Assembly: GCA_964291395.2 (NCBI GenBank)
Contig: OZ219856.1
Coordinates: forward strand, 2,400,001-2,464,000
Direction: 5' to 3'
Origin: Alphaproteobacteria bacterium
GTDB taxonomy: Bacteria > Pseudomonadota > Alphaproteobacteria > UBA2966
DNA: 64,000 nucleotides
The translations under genes and the position numbers were made by a program. Within the stretch, counting starts at the first letter, position 1. Each line of letters opens with the position of its first letter. This document shows, piece by piece, positions 63,155 through 64,000 of the stretch. The notes under the pieces are model-generated. The model had not been told where the DNA came from. It saw only the letters and a list, made by a program, of their open reading frames with translations, and did no database searches.

Positions 63155-63547
63155 ATGCGGTGGATGCTGCTGGCAGGCCTGCTGTCGATCGCCGTCGGCG
63201 CCAACGCGACCACGGGAAATACGCTCCTCAACCACTGCAAGACGGGAGAGGGAAAAGGGCTGGAGTCGGCCATCCCCTTTGGAACCTGCCTCGGGTTCGC
63301 CGGCGCCGCGATGGAAGCCATGATCGCCAACGGGCGGGACGGGCGCATCAGGAAAAAGGTCGATGCGGACGCCGGCGCCCGGCGTGGATACCTGAGCGGC
63401 CGTGAGGCCTGCTTTCCCGCGAAGACCACGCCGGGCGAGGCACGCGATGCCGTGAAGCGGTTTCTCGAGGACCATCCCGACAGGTTGGGGGAAGCGGCCG
63501 TGGACTTGGCGGCCGAAGCCCTGGCGGGAGCGTTTCCCTGCGAATAG
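63155..63547 (+). CDS. Rap1a/Tai-like immunity-family protein
   Basis: Signal peptide, TGNTLLNHC, CLGF, CFP, FLEDHPDRL, ALAGAFPC C-terminus. Confidence 0.78.
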   Translation: MRWMLLAGLLSIAVGANATTGNTLLNHCKTGEGKGLESAIPFGTCLGFAGAAMEAMIANGRDGRIRKKVDADAGARRGYLSGREACFPAKTTPGEARDAVKRFLEDHPDRLGEAAVDLAAEALAGAFPCE

Positions 63548-63560
63548 GACCGCGCCCCCA

Positions 63561-64000
63561 ATGGAAAATGGAAAGGTCCTGGTGATCGTGCCCTTCCCCA
63601 TGAAGGAGGAACACTTGGCACTCCGCCGGGAGCAACACGCGTCCGGCGGTCTCGGCGTCCGGATCGAATTCGACTATCGGCCGGTGAAGGCGAGCGGACG
63701 CAACCTGATCAGCCCCTACGAATGGCCCATCGGCGAGACCGCCGTGCTGGAGGCCGGCCTGTCGGCCACGGAGGAAGGCTACGACGCGGTCTGCGTCGAC
63801 ACCACGGGTGATACCGGAGTCGCAGCGCTCCGCTCCGTTCTCGACATCCCGGTCATCGGGGCGGCGCGAACCTCGTTCCTGATGGCTATGCTGCTCGGGG
63901 ACAAGTTCTCGATCATCGCCATGTGGGACCGTTGGAACGACGCCTACCGTAGGACCGTCGACGAACTCGGCATCGGCCACAAGTTCGCCTCGGTGCGGGA
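63561..64000 (+). CDS. Asp/Glu/hydantoin racemase family protein, partial (runs off window end)
   Basis: Manual translation MENGKVLVIVPFP...EEGYDAVCVDTTGDTGVAALRSVLDIPVIGA...LGDKFSII; not in ORF track. Confidence 0.85.
   Translation, partial: MENGKVLVIVPFPMKEEHLALRREQHASGGLGVRIEFDYRPVKASGRNLISPYEWPIGETAVLEAGLSATEEGYDAVCVDTTGDTGVAALRSVLDIPVIGAARTSFLMAMLLGDKFSIIAMWDRWNDAYRRTVDELGIGHKFASVR

Noticed and set aside
59205-64000. tRNA-Thr as integration site of a genomic island
   Set aside because: No integrase and no convincing duplicate of the tRNA 3' end within the window; cannot be excluded beyond the edge.

Overview
GC-rich alphaproteobacterial (Rhodospirillales-like) chromosomal window. The core (about 20.4-53.4 kb, minus strand except rlmB) is the contiguous translation/transcription supercluster: rlmB, tRNA-Tyr, tRNA-Gly, tuf, tRNA-Trp, secE, nusG, rplKAJL, rpoBC, rpsLG, fusA, a second tuf, the S10 and spc operons, secY, adk, rpsMK, rpoA and rplQ. 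It is followed by degQ-rarA-(nuclease-like insert)-crcB-rluC-HAD-ATP12. The left flank holds a partial HU gene, an amidase/hydrolase/aldolase/NitT-TauT ABC cluster, lipB, an MFS transporter, creA, a VOC protein and a Na+-translocating decarboxylase operon (mmdADCB-like) coupled to acylphosphatase and RidA. The right flank holds a Rieske oxygenase / 3-sulfinopropionyl-CoA desulfinase-like / sulfatase / Rieske paralog cluster, tRNA-Thr, a Baeyer-Villiger monooxygenase, a divergent YchF, a metY 5' remnant running into an orphan Rap1a-like gene, and a partial racemase. The most notable items are the putative organosulfur cluster, the C-avoiding codon usage of both tuf copies with an abrupt 3' switch, the Na+-pump decarboxylase operon and a forced CTG start for adk. 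I saw no CRISPR, rRNA, integrase or transposase. All calls come from reading motifs by eye; no database searches were run.
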